A stretch of 64,000 nt of DNA from a virus. Each line of letters opens with the position of its first letter. Position 1 is the first letter of the stretch. Positions 37,691-49,600 of this stretch are shown piece after piece. The notes under the pieces are model-generated. The model was not told where the DNA came from, did not search any database, and saw only the letters and a list, made by a program, of their open reading frames with translations. The stretch is taken from positions 3,441-67,440 of IMG/VR virus record IMGVR_UViG_3300036768_001879, one strand, 5' to 3'. The translations under genes and the position numbers were made by a program.

Positions 37691-38373
37691 ACCTGCTCGA
37701 AGCCATGTACGGCGAACTGCTGCAGACGGCGCACGAACTGCGCCGCTCATCGTCGTCCGACACGGCTGCGCCGCTCTCGGTGCTGATGCTGAGCTACGGC
37801 CCGCAGGTCGAGGGCGGCGGCTGGTCGGCTTTTGCCGAACTGCGCGAACGCTGGGTCGTGCGCGAACGCAGGGAGCAGGTCACCGGGCGGCAGGAAACGC
37901 TGCTCATCTGCGACCTCGACAGCCTGCAGACCGGCACGCGGGCAATGGTGGTGGCCAATACGTCGGGCGTGGTCATCAACAATCTGATCTTTCGCGCCGC
38001 GCTGCGCGACTCGCTGGTGCATCCGTATTCAACGGTCTTTGCGCTCGAAGCCACCGGCGAAACCTGGGACGGGAGCGGCCTGCGGTCGGAAGAGCCGCTG
38101 CTGCCGGTTCCCGCAGGCGGCGGCACGGGCGGCACTCCCGCGCCATCTTCGGGCCTGTTCATCATCGGAGAAACGCCGTCCGGAGCCGTCAATGGCAGCA
38201 ATGCCACCTTCACTACGGCTTACGACTTCATCCCGGAAACGGTTGAAGTGCAGGTCAACGGGCTGGTGCAGCGCCCGGTAGCGGACTTCATCACGACCGG
38301 CACGCGAACCATCACGCTGACCAGTTCGCCGCAGCCGGGCGAAACAATTCAGGTTGATTACCAGAGGGCATAA
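37687..38373 (+). CDS. putative head-closure protein with C-terminal beta-sandwich
   Basis: Position; C-terminal ETPSGAVNGSNATFT..VNGL domain shared with next gene. Confidence 0.5.
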   Translation: MNLLEAMYGELLQTAHELRRSSSSDTAAPLSVLMLSYGPQVEGGGWSAFAELRERWVVRERREQVTGRQETLLICDLDSLQTGTRAMVVANTSGVVINNLIFRAALRDSLVHPYSTVFALEATGETWDGSGLRSEEPLLPVPAGGGTGGTPAPSSGLFIIGETPSGAVNGSNATFTTAYDFIPETVEVQVNGLVQRPVADFITTGTRTITLTSSPQPGETIQVDYQRA

Positions 38374-38375
38374 CT

Positions 38376-39203
38376 ATGGCAACCACGCAGATCGTAAACC
38401 GACAGATCGCCAACGGCGCGATTGATGACAGCAAAGTGGCGGCGGGCGCAAACATCGCTTCCTCGAAGCTGGCCGACGGCGCGAACTTCGTCAAGAAGGA
38501 CGGCTCGGTGGCAATGACCGGGAACCTGGATCTCGGCTCGCAGCGCATTGTCAACGTCAGCACGCCGTCAGGCAACAATGACGCCGCCAACAAGAGCTAC
38601 GTTGACACGCAGATCGCCGCGCTCAATTCGATCTTCGACACCAAGCCTTCGGCGCGCGCCGCCACGACCGGCAACATCACGATCAGCAATCCCGGCACGG
38701 CGGTCTTCGACGGCGTGACGCTCTCAAACGGCGACATCCTGTTTGTGCGCGCGCAGTCGGCGGCGGCTGAAAACGGCCTCTACACGTTCAACGGCAGCGG
38801 CGCGGCGCTCACGCGCATTTCGCAGATGGACGCGTGGGCGGAGTTTCCGGGCGCGTTCTTCGCCGTCGAGGAAGGCTCGGTTTACGCCGACACGCTCTGG
38901 CTCTGCACGGTCAGTCAGGGCGGCACGCTCGGCTCAACGGCGGTCACGTTCGTGCAGGTGAACGCAGCCGGGCTGACCAGCTCGAACTTCGTTGACAAGG
39001 AGACGCCCAGCGGAGCCATCAACGGCAGCAACACGACCTTCACGCTCGCCAACACGCCGGTGGCCGGTTCGGAACACGTCTATCTGAACGGCATCCTGCA
39101 GGACGTGGGCGCGGGCAACGATTACACGATCAGCGGCGCGACCATCACCATGCTGACCGCTCCGGCAACGGGCGAGAAGCTGCGCGTCAGTTATCGCAAG
39201 TAA
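38376..39203 (+). CDS. head/neck fibre or decoration protein
   Basis: GSVAMTGNLD, DAANKSYVD, ENGLY, ETPSGAINGSN motifs. Confidence 0.6.
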   Translation: MATTQIVNRQIANGAIDDSKVAAGANIASSKLADGANFVKKDGSVAMTGNLDLGSQRIVNVSTPSGNNDAANKSYVDTQIAALNSIFDTKPSARAATTGNITISNPGTAVFDGVTLSNGDILFVRAQSAAAENGLYTFNGSGAALTRISQMDAWAEFPGAFFAVEEGSVYADTLWLCTVSQGGTLGSTAVTFVQVNAAGLTSSNFVDKETPSGAINGSNTTFTLANTPVAGSEHVYLNGILQDVGAGNDYTISGATITMLTAPATGEKLRVSYRK

Positions 39204-39210
39204 ACCCTGA

Positions 39211-40005
39211 ATGGCGAGCACAGTCATCGCAGAACGCAGTCTGCCACACACGTGGTCGCAGCAGCTGGTGCTGCCGTCAAACGACGGCAACGAGAACAAC
39301 AACAACGCTGCGACCACGGCGTTCGTTCGCGCCTGGGTTGATTCGGTTTATCCGGGCTGGAAGCGGGCGAGCGAGTGGACGCTGTTTGATGATTTCCTGA
39401 ACGCGCTGACCGGCTCAGCGCTGGCTTCAGCGGTTTCGGGCACCGGCGCGGCAACTTCGGTCGGGCAGTCGGACGCGAACCATCCGGGCCTGCTCACCTG
39501 CAGCACCGGCACCACGGCCACGGGCCGGGCGGGCGCGCTGACCGGCGCGTCAATCATCCGCTTTGGCGGCGGGCTGATTACGCTTGAAGCGCTCATCAAC
39601 ATCGGCACGCTGAGCAATGCGACCGACCGCTACATCATCCGCCTCGGGCTGCTGGATACGGTCAGCGCCGACGCGGTTGACGGCGCTTATTTCGAGTACG
39701 ACGAATCAACGAGCGCCAACTGGCGCACCTGCACGGCCAGCAACAGCGCGCGCACCAAGACGAGCAGCAATCAGGCCGTGCAGACCGGCTGGCACAAGCT
39801 GCGGATTGATGTCTGGTCGAACGCTTCGAGCGTGGACTTCTACTACGACGGCGCGTACCTGCGCTCCGAGACGACCAACATTCCAACCGCAGCGGGCCGC
39901 GAAACCGGCGTCGGGTTCTGGATTGTCAAGAGCGCCGGAACCACGGCGCGCTCGTTTGATGTGGATTACATCTTTCTGCGACAGACTTTCGGGACAACGC
40001 GATGA
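39211..40005 (+). CDS. virion protein with lectin/ConA-like domain
   Basis: AATTAFV fibre motif, LFDDF, GWHKLRID..VDFYYDG, FDVDY. Confidence 0.55.
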   Translation: MASTVIAERSLPHTWSQQLVLPSNDGNENNNNAATTAFVRAWVDSVYPGWKRASEWTLFDDFLNALTGSALASAVSGTGAATSVGQSDANHPGLLTCSTGTTATGRAGALTGASIIRFGGGLITLEALINIGTLSNATDRYIIRLGLLDTVSADAVDGAYFEYDESTSANWRTCTASNSARTKTSSNQAVQTGWHKLRIDVWSNASSVDFYYDGAYLRSETTNIPTAAGRETGVGFWIVKSAGTTARSFDVDYIFLRQTFGTTR

Positions 40006-40472
40006 GCGTCAACGTTCAGGTCAGGCTCAACCGGCGCTGGAACACGGCGAGCGCCGCCGTGCGCGACGAATTCCAGCGCGCCGGGCGCGAAGCCGCCTCG
40101 CAGCTGACGCGCGCCTTCAAGCGCGAAATCCGCGCCGCTGGCGCAGTGGCTTCGGCGGCGCTCGTTGACAGCGTCAGCACGCGCTACGCGCAGCGCGGCA
40201 GCATTCAGCAGTTTGAAGTGACGGCAGCCGCGCACTGGATCTACGTGGAGCGCGGGCGCAAACCAAAGAGCGCGCTGCCGCCCGTTGCGGCCATTGCCGA
40301 GTGGATGCGCCTGCGCGGGCTGACCGGTTCGGCCTGGGCCATTGCCGTCAGCATTGCGCGGCGCGGCATCCGGGGCCGTTACCCGCTGCGCCACGCGATT
40401 GAAAAGACGCGCCCGGCCATGCGCGCCGCCTTTGACCGGGCTGTAGCGCGGCTGAAAGGCAGGTTCAGGTGA
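40002..40472 (+). CDS. neck protein (HK97 gp10-like)
   Basis: YVERGRKP..PP..AIAEW..AIAVSIARRG. Confidence 0.65.
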   Translation: MSVNVQVRLNRRWNTASAAVRDEFQRAGREAASQLTRAFKREIRAAGAVASAALVDSVSTRYAQRGSIQQFEVTAAAHWIYVERGRKPKSALPPVAAIAEWMRLRGLTGSAWAIAVSIARRGIRGRYPLRHAIEKTRPAMRAAFDRAVARLKGRFR

Positions 40473-40951
40473 TTACGGAACTCGACGCGCGCCGCCAGTT
40501 GAAGAAGCTCATCCAGGCTGCCGCGCCAGCGGCGCGCGTCTACGACGACTGGCCGCTGGAAGCCGATGAAACCTGGAACGCCAACGCGCTCAAATCGCCC
40601 GCCGACGGCAATGAGGTTCACTGCTGGATGATGCAGCGCGCCGCGCGCACCGAGGAAGCAGCCGGAACCGGGCGCGATCTGGTGCAGTGGACGTTTGAAA
40701 TCTGGCTCTTTTACGGCGCGCGCAGCCGGGCGCAGGAGCCAGCTTCAATGACGATCTTTCAGCAGGAAATTGACGCGGTGGCAGCCTACCTGGCGCAGCG
40801 CCGCACGCTCGAACTCGATGCGCCGGGTTCCGGCGTGCGCGGACACCGCGGACTGCAGATGTATCAGGGCGATAAATTTCCGCTCTCTGGCCGGACGGTT
40901 CATATCGCCAAGTGTCAGCTGGTGCTGGAACTCTACCAGCACTGGTGCTGA
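40469..40951 (+). CDS. putative tail terminator
   Basis: Position before the tail tube gene; GTGA coupling. Confidence 0.5.
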   Translation: MITELDARRQLKKLIQAAAPAARVYDDWPLEADETWNANALKSPADGNEVHCWMMQRAARTEEAAGTGRDLVQWTFEIWLFYGARSRAQEPASMTIFQQEIDAVAAYLAQRRTLELDAPGSGVRGHRGLQMYQGDKFPLSGRTVHIAKCQLVLELYQHWC

Positions 40952-41026
40952 GTTCATTGATCCGACTCTGATCTATCGCCAGCGCACAACCGCCCGCAGG
41001 TCGCTCGGCCACAAGGAGCAAGCACG

Positions 41027-42097
41027 ATGCCTGAATATCGCATAGAAACTCTTGAACTGGGCATATCAAAGCTCAGGGAAACCGCCTACAACACAGTCAC
41101 CGAGGACGGCGCTAATTACATGCGCGTCAAGACGACCTCCACCGAATGGCCGGTGCCGTACCCGGAGAAGGTCAGCGACGCGGGCAAAATCGGCGCTGGC
41201 TACGGCTACCCGACCTCATACCGCAATGATTACTGGCATCAGCCTTCAATCCAGATCATTGAGGATATGAACGTGGACTTCTTCGCCTACCTGCTGGCGC
41301 GCGCGCTGGGCGGCGCTTGCACGCCAACACAGGTGGTGGCAGGCCCGCCCGTCGTCAACGACTGGGAAATCCTTCAGCAGAACATTGCGGGCGGCGGCGC
41401 GCAGCTGCCGTCTTCGGGCTTCTTTGCCCGCATTGGCGGCTACGACACGCTCTTCTACGGCATGTGCGTCACGCAGATGACCATTGCCCAGCAGAAGGGC
41501 GGCACGCCGCAGGGCACCTTTGAACTGGTCGGCTCGGGCAAATACAAGAAGCTTTCGACCATCACTCCGGCCTTCGCCATGCCGCAGGCGCTCACGAAGT
41601 ACCAGTACATGATTGCGCCCGCCACGCGCATCACGTACTTCGACGGCACCGGCACGGTTGACCTGTGCGGGCGCATTCTGAACTGGCAGCTGCAATTAAA
41701 CAAGAACGCGCAGGTGCAGGATCGCCGTCCCTGCGATCCGGCTGTCAACGACGACTACACGCAGGGTGCTTACCAGAACCGCATGCTCTCGGGCATCCCG
41801 ACCTGCCAGATTCAGATTGATCTGAGCGTGGACAACAATCAGAACGAACTGACGCTGGCCGCTGCCAATCAGGACATTACGAACTTCAAGATCGCGCTCC
41901 AGGGCGAGAAGCTCGCCGCAGGGCCGGAGCGCGCCGAGATTGATCTGATCGTGCCGGTGGCCACGATCACGTCAATTCCCGGCACGGCGGTTGACGGCAC
42001 GGCGGCCATTCGCCTGACGCTGGACGCCAAGCTCGATCCCGTCACGCAGGGGCTCATCAAGGCGCGCGTGCGCAACCTGATGACGGCGCTCGAATAA
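41027..42097 (+). CDS. major tail tube protein
   Basis: AAGGAG RBS, RETAYN start, size and position; followed by terminator. Confidence 0.65.
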   Translation: MPEYRIETLELGISKLRETAYNTVTEDGANYMRVKTTSTEWPVPYPEKVSDAGKIGAGYGYPTSYRNDYWHQPSIQIIEDMNVDFFAYLLARALGGACTPTQVVAGPPVVNDWEILQQNIAGGGAQLPSSGFFARIGGYDTLFYGMCVTQMTIAQQKGGTPQGTFELVGSGKYKKLSTITPAFAMPQALTKYQYMIAPATRITYFDGTGTVDLCGRILNWQLQLNKNAQVQDRRPCDPAVNDDYTQGAYQNRMLSGIPTCQIQIDLSVDNNQNELTLAAANQDITNFKIALQGEKLAAGPERAEIDLIVPVATITSIPGTAVDGTAAIRLTLDAKLDPVTQGLIKARVRNLMTALE

Positions 42098-42131
42098 GCG
42101 CGGCGGCTCATTCAGGCATTCTGTTGATTCT

Positions 42132-42167
42132 CCTGATGCGCTCTGCGGGGCGCATCAGGCATCTTTT
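42132..42167 (+). terminator. intrinsic terminator after the tail tube gene
   Basis: CCTGATGCGCTC-TGCG-GGGCGCATCAGG hairpin + CATCTTTT. Confidence 0.55.
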
Positions 42168-42178
42168 CGGAGCAGCGC

Positions 42179-42502
42179 ATGAACAAACCAACCGATCTTT
42201 ACGCGAAACCCTTCAGCGAACTGACCGCCGACGATCTCAACGTGATTCAGGCCTGGGCCGCACTGAGCGGCGACCCGGACGCGCTGGTGCCGGACGGCAC
42301 CCGTCTGGTCACGGTCACGGAATACAAACAACGGCGCGGGCTGCTGCCCGCTCCAGCCGACAGTCCTGGCCCGGCTGCCGCCGCTGCCGTGGACAACGAC
42401 TCCGACAACGACAACTCTGGCACAGACACCAAACCCATCAAGGAGACTGAAACAAAATGGAAGAAGCCCGCACTGACGCCGCAAACCCGGCCTGGGAACT
42501 GA
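42179..42502 (+). CDS. hypothetical protein
   Basis: GGAG RBS; overlaps the chaperone gene. Confidence 0.4.
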   Translation: MNKPTDLYAKPFSELTADDLNVIQAWAALSGDPDALVPDGTRLVTVTEYKQRRGLLPAPADSPGPAAAAAVDNDSDNDNSGTDTKPIKETETKWKKPALTPQTRPGN

Positions 42503-43260
42503 ACGTAAACACCTGGACAATACCCGTGATGGTGTTGCCCGGCCCGCCGCCGCTGGTGACGCTGCACCGGCTGCGCAAGCCGACACGGGAGCAGCTTTAC
42601 GCGCGCGAACAGAAGATCCACGCCTCACAAATCCAGCTCAACCGCAACGCCATCAAACGCGAGCCGGTCAGCACCGAGGCGGCTGACGCCTGGCTCTACG
42701 ATCAGATTGCCGAAGGCTACGCCGAATACCGCCCGTCGCAGCCGGGCGCGCAGTATCAGGGCGAGTTCACCAGGCTCAGCGCCGAGCAGCTGGCGGCGCT
42801 GCCGGGCGGCATCAAGTCGGCGGTTTTCAGGGAACTGTGGAAGGCGCGCGCCACGGTCGAAGGCACTGCCGGCGAGGACGGTTTCGTGCTGCTCTCGACG
42901 CGGCAGCTGTGGATTGTCCGGCTCGACCTGCAGGAGGACGCCAGCAACATTCCGCGCTACGTCACGCGCCACTACTTCAAGGCTCCGACGCAGGAACAGC
43001 GCGACCGCTACCGCGCGCAGAACCACGAGGAGATCATCACGACGCAGGGCGCAAAGGTGCGCACCACCTTCACGGCGCACCTGAAACCGGCAGTTGATCT
43101 GTACGAGGAACTGATCGTGCGCGCCGAAGGCTTCACGTACGACGGCGCGGCGTGGAGCGAGGAGCGGCGCAGCGACTTCCTGGCCGCCATTGATCCGTTT
43201 TTTATGCGCGAGGCGGTGCGCGCGCTGCTCGACGTCTTCGAGGGCACGCTGTCGGACTGA
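42457..43260 (+). CDS. tail assembly chaperone (G)
   Basis: AAGGAG RBS; between tail tube and tape measure. Confidence 0.6.
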   Translation: MEEARTDAANPAWELNVNTWTIPVMVLPGPPPLVTLHRLRKPTREQLYAREQKIHASQIQLNRNAIKREPVSTEAADAWLYDQIAEGYAEYRPSQPGAQYQGEFTRLSAEQLAALPGGIKSAVFRELWKARATVEGTAGEDGFVLLSTRQLWIVRLDLQEDASNIPRYVTRHYFKAPTQEQRDRYRAQNHEEIITTQGAKVRTTFTAHLKPAVDLYEELIVRAEGFTYDGAAWSEERRSDFLAAIDPFFMREAVRALLDVFEGTLSD

Positions 43261-43676
43261 CCGGGCGACTGCGCGAGTGGCTGCGCCGGTACCTGACGGC
43301 GAGCGCCGCCTGGGGGCGCTGCCTCGGCGAAGACTGGTGCCAGCGCAGCTACCGGCTGGCGCGCGCGCAGTTGCAGATTGAAAACGGGCTGAACACGGTC
43401 GAGCAGATTTGCGGCGGCTGCGAACGCCGCGAAACCAAACCCACCGAACTGCCGCCCGGACTGGAACGCTGGATCAGCCGGTTGTCTGATCTGCGGCTGC
43501 TGAAGGAAGCCGGAGCGGTCTATGAATATCCGGCGGCGCTGCTGCCCGACGAATGGGACGGCCTGCGCGCGTGGCAGGCTGCGGTGGCTGACTTCGAGCA
43601 GGAAAAGGCCGAGCGCGAACGCGAGCGCGAACGCGTGGAGGAAGCAGTGCGGCGCAACCGGCAACGTCCCTGGTGA
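43194..43676 (+). CDS. tail assembly chaperone T part (probable -1 frameshift product)
   Basis: The -1 frame is open 43194-43676 with no convincing own start; classic G/GT position. Confidence 0.5.
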   Translation, partial: SVFYARGGARAARRLRGHAVGLTGRLREWLRRYLTASAAWGRCLGEDWCQRSYRLARAQLQIENGLNTVEQICGGCERRETKPTELPPGLERWISRLSDLRLLKEAGAVYEYPAALLPDEWDGLRAWQAAVADFEQEKAERERERERVEEAVRRNRQRPW

Positions 43677-43679
43677 GCT

Positions 43680-46600
43680 ATGGCTGAGGACATTGTTTTC
43701 GAGATCAGGTGGAACACGGGCGACGCCGAAGCCGGAGCGCGCCGCATGCAGTCGGCGGCGCACGCGCTCTATGAGGATCTCTCGCGCACGGCGGCTGGCG
43801 CGCGCCACCTGGGCGAATCGGCGCAGCGCGGGTTCACCGTGGCGGCGGACAGTCTCAGCCGGGCGCGCTCGTCGCTGGATCTCGACGCCGTGCTGTTTCA
43901 GCTCGATCAGCTGCGCATCGGGTTCTCACAGCTTGGGCGCGGTTCGCTGGGCGGGCTGCCGAACGTGCTCAAGGCATTTCAGCGCGCCGGGCAGGAAGCC
44001 GCAGCCGTCGTCAGGCAGTCCGGCTTCACTGAAGCCATCCGGCAGCTGGAACTGAACCTGACCGGGCTGGATGAGAAATTTGCCGCCCGCCCGCTCTTCA
44101 AACAGTTCCAGCAGAGCCTGCTTGAAGCGGCCACAAAGAGCGACGCCTTTGCCGCCGAACTGAAAGCCGCCTTCAAGGACCTCGGCGTTGAGATTGAACA
44201 GGCGCTCCTGCGCCCGGAGAAAGCCTTTGCCGATCTCGTCAAACGCATTGGCACCGTGCAGCCCGCGCTGGTGCGGGCGCGCTCGTCGCTGGGCAGCGTG
44301 ATTGAGGGCAGCGGCCCGCTGGCCGCGAACTTCCAGCAGAACGCCATTCTCGCCACCACGCAGGACACGCAGCGCGCGCGCCAGCTGCGCGCCGATTTTG
44401 CCGCGCTCGGCATAGACGTGAAGCAGGCGGCGCAGGGCGGCGAAGCCGCCTGGGCGCGTTTCCGCGCCGTGCTGCAGGAAGCCGAGAAATCAACCCTGCG
44501 GCTGCGCGGCCTCAATGTCATTCTCGGCACCGAATCCGACCAGTTGAGCGGAGCCTTCGGGCGAGCCGGACAGGCGCTCAACCGGCTCGACAACGAAGCG
44601 TCGGCAGCGGCGCGCGCCATGAGCGGCGTGAGCGGCGGAATGAGCGTGGCAACGGTGGCGGCAACCGTGCTGGGCGTGGCGGTGCTGGCGGCGGTGGCGG
44701 CGTTTGTGTCGCTCGGCGCTGAGGGCGTCAGGCTCGGCGCTGAACTCTTTCAGGTCAGCCAGCGCACCGGGCTGACGGTTGAAGCGTTGTCGCGGCTGCA
44801 GGCGGCGGGCGCTGATCTGAATAAAATCAGCGCCGCCTTTGACACCTTCAAGCAGAAGGCGCGCGAGGCGGCGCTCGAAAACGAACGGCTGCGCGCCGTC
44901 TTTACGGCGCTCGGCCTCGACGCGCGCGAGGCGGCGCGCCACCCGGCAGAAGCCTTTGCGCAGCTCGAACAGTCGCTGACGAAAATCACCGATGCGCAAA
45001 CCCGGCTGCGCGCGGCGCAGGCGCTGCTCGGCGCTTCGGGCGCTGAACTGCTGACCACCTTTATCGCCCTGCGCGAAAACAACGGCGCGCTCAACAGCGA
45101 ACTCGAACGCCTGGGCGTGATTACCAGCACCGGCACGGCGCGCCAGCTGAACGAGGTTCACAAGCAGGCGCGGCTGGTGGGCGCGCAGTTCGATGCGCTC
45201 AAAATCCAGATCGCCGCCGAACTCGGCCCGACCTTCATCGAAGTGCTGCAGAAGATGAAGGAGGCGCTCGTTGAACTCAAACCCACCATCGTTGAGATCG
45301 CCAATCTGCTCGGCCTGGCAGCCAAAGCCTTTGCGCTCATCAACAGCGGCCCGAACATTCCGAACCGGCTGGCCGACAGATTCTTCGACGACCGCAACGC
45401 TCCGCAACCCGCAGGCCCGCCCGTGTCGCGGCCATTCGATTTCGGAGTGCCGACGGCGGTGCAGAGCGGCGCGCGCAGGCCGGACATTGATCGCCGCCTG
45501 ATCGGCCCGCTCAACTTCCCTGCCCCGTCGCCCGCCGCATCCGCGCTGGCCTTCCGCAACGCTACGCGCGGCCAGACAGCGCCGGTGCAGCGCCCGGAGG
45601 TACAGGCAGCGGCTGACTTCTTCCGCGCGCAGGGCCGACAGCAGCAGCAACCGGCAGCCGCGTCCGACAACCGGCAGCTGAACCGCGCGCTGGACGCGCT
45701 CAACACGCGCCAGCGGGCGAGCCGCAACGCTGACGCCGAAGCGCGCGCCGCCGCGCGCGCCCGGCTCGAACTGACGCGAGCCGAACTCACAGCGGAAACC
45801 AGCCTGATCCGCGAACAGCTGCGCGCGCGCGAACTCGACCTGAAGGCCAGCTACGACGCCACGCTGATTACCACCGAGCAGTACTACGCGCAGAAGCTGG
45901 AACTTGAGCAGACCAGCCTGGCGCAGGAGATCCGCGAGAACCGCGCCGCCATTGCCGCCATTGACGCCGAGATTGCCGCCGCCACCGCGCGCCACGCCAG
46001 ACAGAGCGAACTGCTGCAGCTGCGGGCGCAGAAGGCGCGCCTGGAAGGCGAAGGCGCAGTGCTGCGCGAACGCCAGCTGGCGCTGCCCGCCGCCAATGAC
46101 GCTGCCCGGCGCGCTGCCCAGGAGCAGGAACGCCGCACGGTTGAGCAGATCAGGATCGCGTACCTGGAACTGACCGGCGCAGAGCAGCAGGCCTTCGACC
46201 GGCGACTGGCCGAGGAATACGCTGAAGCCGTCAAAACGGCGGCGCAGGCCGGACGCCGCGACATCCTCTCGCTGATCGAAAAGCTCCAGACGCTGCGTTC
46301 GGCGCACTTCGCGCTGGCGCAGCAGATCAAACAGAGCCAGTTGCGCTTCGACGTGCGGCAGTCGCAGCTGAACGTCATCGAGGAAACCATTCGCGGCGCG
46401 CAGACGCGCGGGCTGCTCGACGACACCGAAGCCACCGATGCGGCCATCATTGCGCGCCGCCGTTTCCGCGAGGAACTGCTGGCTGAAGCCGCCGTGCAGC
46501 AGCAGCTGCTCCAGCAGAAGGTGCGCCTGGGCGGGTCGGAAGCTGAAAGCGCGCAGCGCGACCTGCTGCAGATCAACGAGCGCATTGCAGCGCTGCGCAA

Positions 46601-49600
46601 CCTCGGCGCTGAACTGACCAGCCAGGAACGCATTCAGCAGCAGCTTTCCGACAATCAGGTGTTCCGGCAGGACAGAGCCAACCGGCTGTTCCTGCAGCAT
46701 CTGGCCGAACAGAAGAGTCTGACGCAGGCCGTGGCCGACGCGCAGATAAAGGCTTACGAAACGTTTGTCGGCGCGCTGGAAAAGGGCATTGACAAACTCA
46801 CGTCAAAGCTCGGACTGTTCGGCGAGGTGGTGGCTGATCTGCTCAAGACCATCACGCGCAACCTGATTACGCGCGTGCTGGCGCCGGCAGCGGGCAGCGG
46901 TGGATTCGAGGGTCCCGGCCAGCCCGCTGCCGGTGGCGCGCTCGGCCTGCTCGGTTCGCTGCTCTTTGGCGGGCAGGCCGGTGCGCCCGCGCAGGCGGCG
47001 CAGGTCGGCCCGCTCGGCGTGCTGCTCGGCGCGCTCGGCCTGGGCAATGCCGCTGGCGCGCGCACGCCGCCCTTTGTGCCGCAGCAGAGCGCCGTGAATC
47101 CGGCGCTGCTGCTGCCGCTGCTGCTGCCGCAGGCGGCAGGCGCAGGCGGCGCGCAGGCTGGCGGCAGCACCCTGAGCGCCATCGCCGGGCTGCTTGAGTT
47201 CGCACAGGCGCGGCAGGCGGCGGGCGTCCAGGCTCCGCTCGGTCAGGCGTTCAGCGAAGGCGGGCAGATTCTGGCCGGGCTGACCGGCACGGGCGCGCAG
47301 GCGTTCAAAAAACTCAGCGGAATCATTCCTGGCGCAGACACGGCTGCTGGCGGGCTGCAGACGCTGACCGACCTGTTCCTGAACCAGTCGCGGCTCAGTC
47401 AGGCGGCGCGCACGCCGCCTTTTGTGGCGCAGGCCGGGACGGCGGCAGCGGGCGCGGCGGCAAAGGGCTCGTTGTTGCAGGGGCTGGCTCCGCTGGCTCC
47501 GCTGCTGGGGCTTTCGCTGGGGTCGCAACTGGGCGGGCAGAGCGGACTGGGGCGCGTGCTGGGCGGCGCGGGCGGACTGCTGCTGGGCGGTTCGGTGCTG
47601 GCGGCGGCAGCGCCGGGCGCAATCACCGGGCTGCTCGGAGCCATTGGCTTTGGCGGCACCAACAGCGCCATTCTCGGCAGCGCCATTGCCGGGTTCCTGA
47701 CCAATCCGATCACGATTCTGGCCGGCATCGGGCTGCTGATCGGCAGCTTCTTCCTGGGCCGCGCCAAACAGCGGCGGCAGGATGAGCGCAACGCCGACGC
47801 CATCTGGAAGGCTGAAGCCGACCGGCTGGCCGAACTGACAAGGCTCGTCAACGCTGACCGCATTGACGGCGCGCAGGCGCTGGCTGAAGCCGCGCAGCTG
47901 CGCCAGCAGACGATTGCCGCGCTCAATCAGATCAAAACGAAATCGGTCAGAGAGTCGCGGCTGAAGAACCAGCTGGCCGACGTGGATCGCGTCTACGTCG
48001 TGCCGCTCAAGGAAGCCGTCGAGCGGCAGCAGAAGCGCAAGGGCATCAACGATCTGCTGCTGCCCACGTTTGCCGGCGGCGGGTTTACGGGCCGCGTGCC
48101 GGGCGTCTTTGACGGCGCGGACGACAAACTGATCCGCGTGACGGGCAACGAAGTCGTGCTCAATCCGCACCAGCAGGCCACGCTGGCCGATCTGCTGCTG
48201 ACCGCCGCCCGCCAGCGCGCGCTGCCCGCCGTGCGCGAGCGTCAGGCTCAGCGCGCCAGCCAGCCAGCAGCCAGCCGACAGCAGGACGCCGCCGCCGCGC
48301 CAGCCGATGCGCGCACCGTGGAGCGCGCGCTGCGCCGCGTGCTTGAAGAACCTGCCAGCCCGGCTGCGCGCCGCGTGATGCCTCTCGCGCTCAGCACGAG
48401 CGCGCGGCGCTTTGCTGAAGGCGGCTTCACGGGCGCAGCCGGTTCAGGCCCGGCGCAGGCCGCGCCCGCCAGCGCGCCCGCGCCAGCCCGCCCGGCTGCG
48501 CTGGCCGGACTGCTGCTGACGGCGGTGCGCAACCACCTGCTGCCAGCCGGTCAGGCCGCAACGGGCGGCGCGTCAGGTGCGACGGCGCAAGCCGGACAAC
48601 CGGCGAGCAGTGCGCGGGCGCAGCGCAGCGAGCGGTCAGCGACGCAGCCTGCCGCGCCTGAAGTTGAACATCCGACGCCGCAACGCGCCTTCGCTGCCGC
48701 TGCAACGCGCGACCGCGCGCCGTTGCGGTCAGTTGTCAACCCGAACGCAGTCGCGCCAGCAGCGCCCGCGCAAACCGCCGCCCGCGAACACCTGAACGCT
48801 GCGGCTGCTTCGCCCGCCGTGCGGGTCAGGCAGCAGCGATTTGCGCCGCTGACGGAACCCGAGCCGGGCGTTGAAGCCTTCAGCCGCCAGAACGCAGTCA
48901 TCCGGGCGCAACAGCCGACAGCGCCAGCCGCCGTGACGGTCGCTTCAGCCGGGTCGCTGCGGGCAGCCGCGCCCGCCAGCGCCATCAGCCGGATTGCCGC
49001 GCCGCAGCAGCCACCGGCGATTGCACAGCGCGCCGCCCTGCCGCGCCTTGCAGAGCGCAGCCTGAGCCCGCCGCCGCTGCTGACTGCTGCAAGCTTCAAC
49101 GCGCCCGCCCGGCCTGCTGCAGCGAGCCTGCGGCGGTCAGCGCCCGCTGCGCCGCCCGTGCTGGCGGCAGCGCAGCAGGAGCGGCAGGAAAGTGAGCGCG
49201 CCGCGACCGCGCGTCTGCAGCCGCTGGCGGGCATTGAAAGAGAGCGCCGCGCCGCCGCCGCGCCGCCAGCAGCGGGCGCGCTTCAGCCGGGCCGGGCGCA
49301 GGCCGCGGAAGACCGCAGCTTCCTGAGCGCCAGCCGCGACGAATTGCGCACCACCGTTCAGTTTCAGCAGGTTGCCCGGCTCACGGGCGCGTTTGCGCGC
49401 ACCGAAGCGCAGATTGCCAGCCCGCCGCGCCGCCCGAGCGAACCGCCCGCCGCCTTTGTGCGCAGCCTGCTGCAGCAGGCACCGACGAGCCGCCTGGCGC
49501 AGTCAGCCGGGCGGGCAGGTGAAGCGGCGGCGCTGGCGCGCCTGACGCCTGATGCGCAACGCGAACGCGCGCTGCCGCGCCGCGCGGGCGGCGGGCTGGC

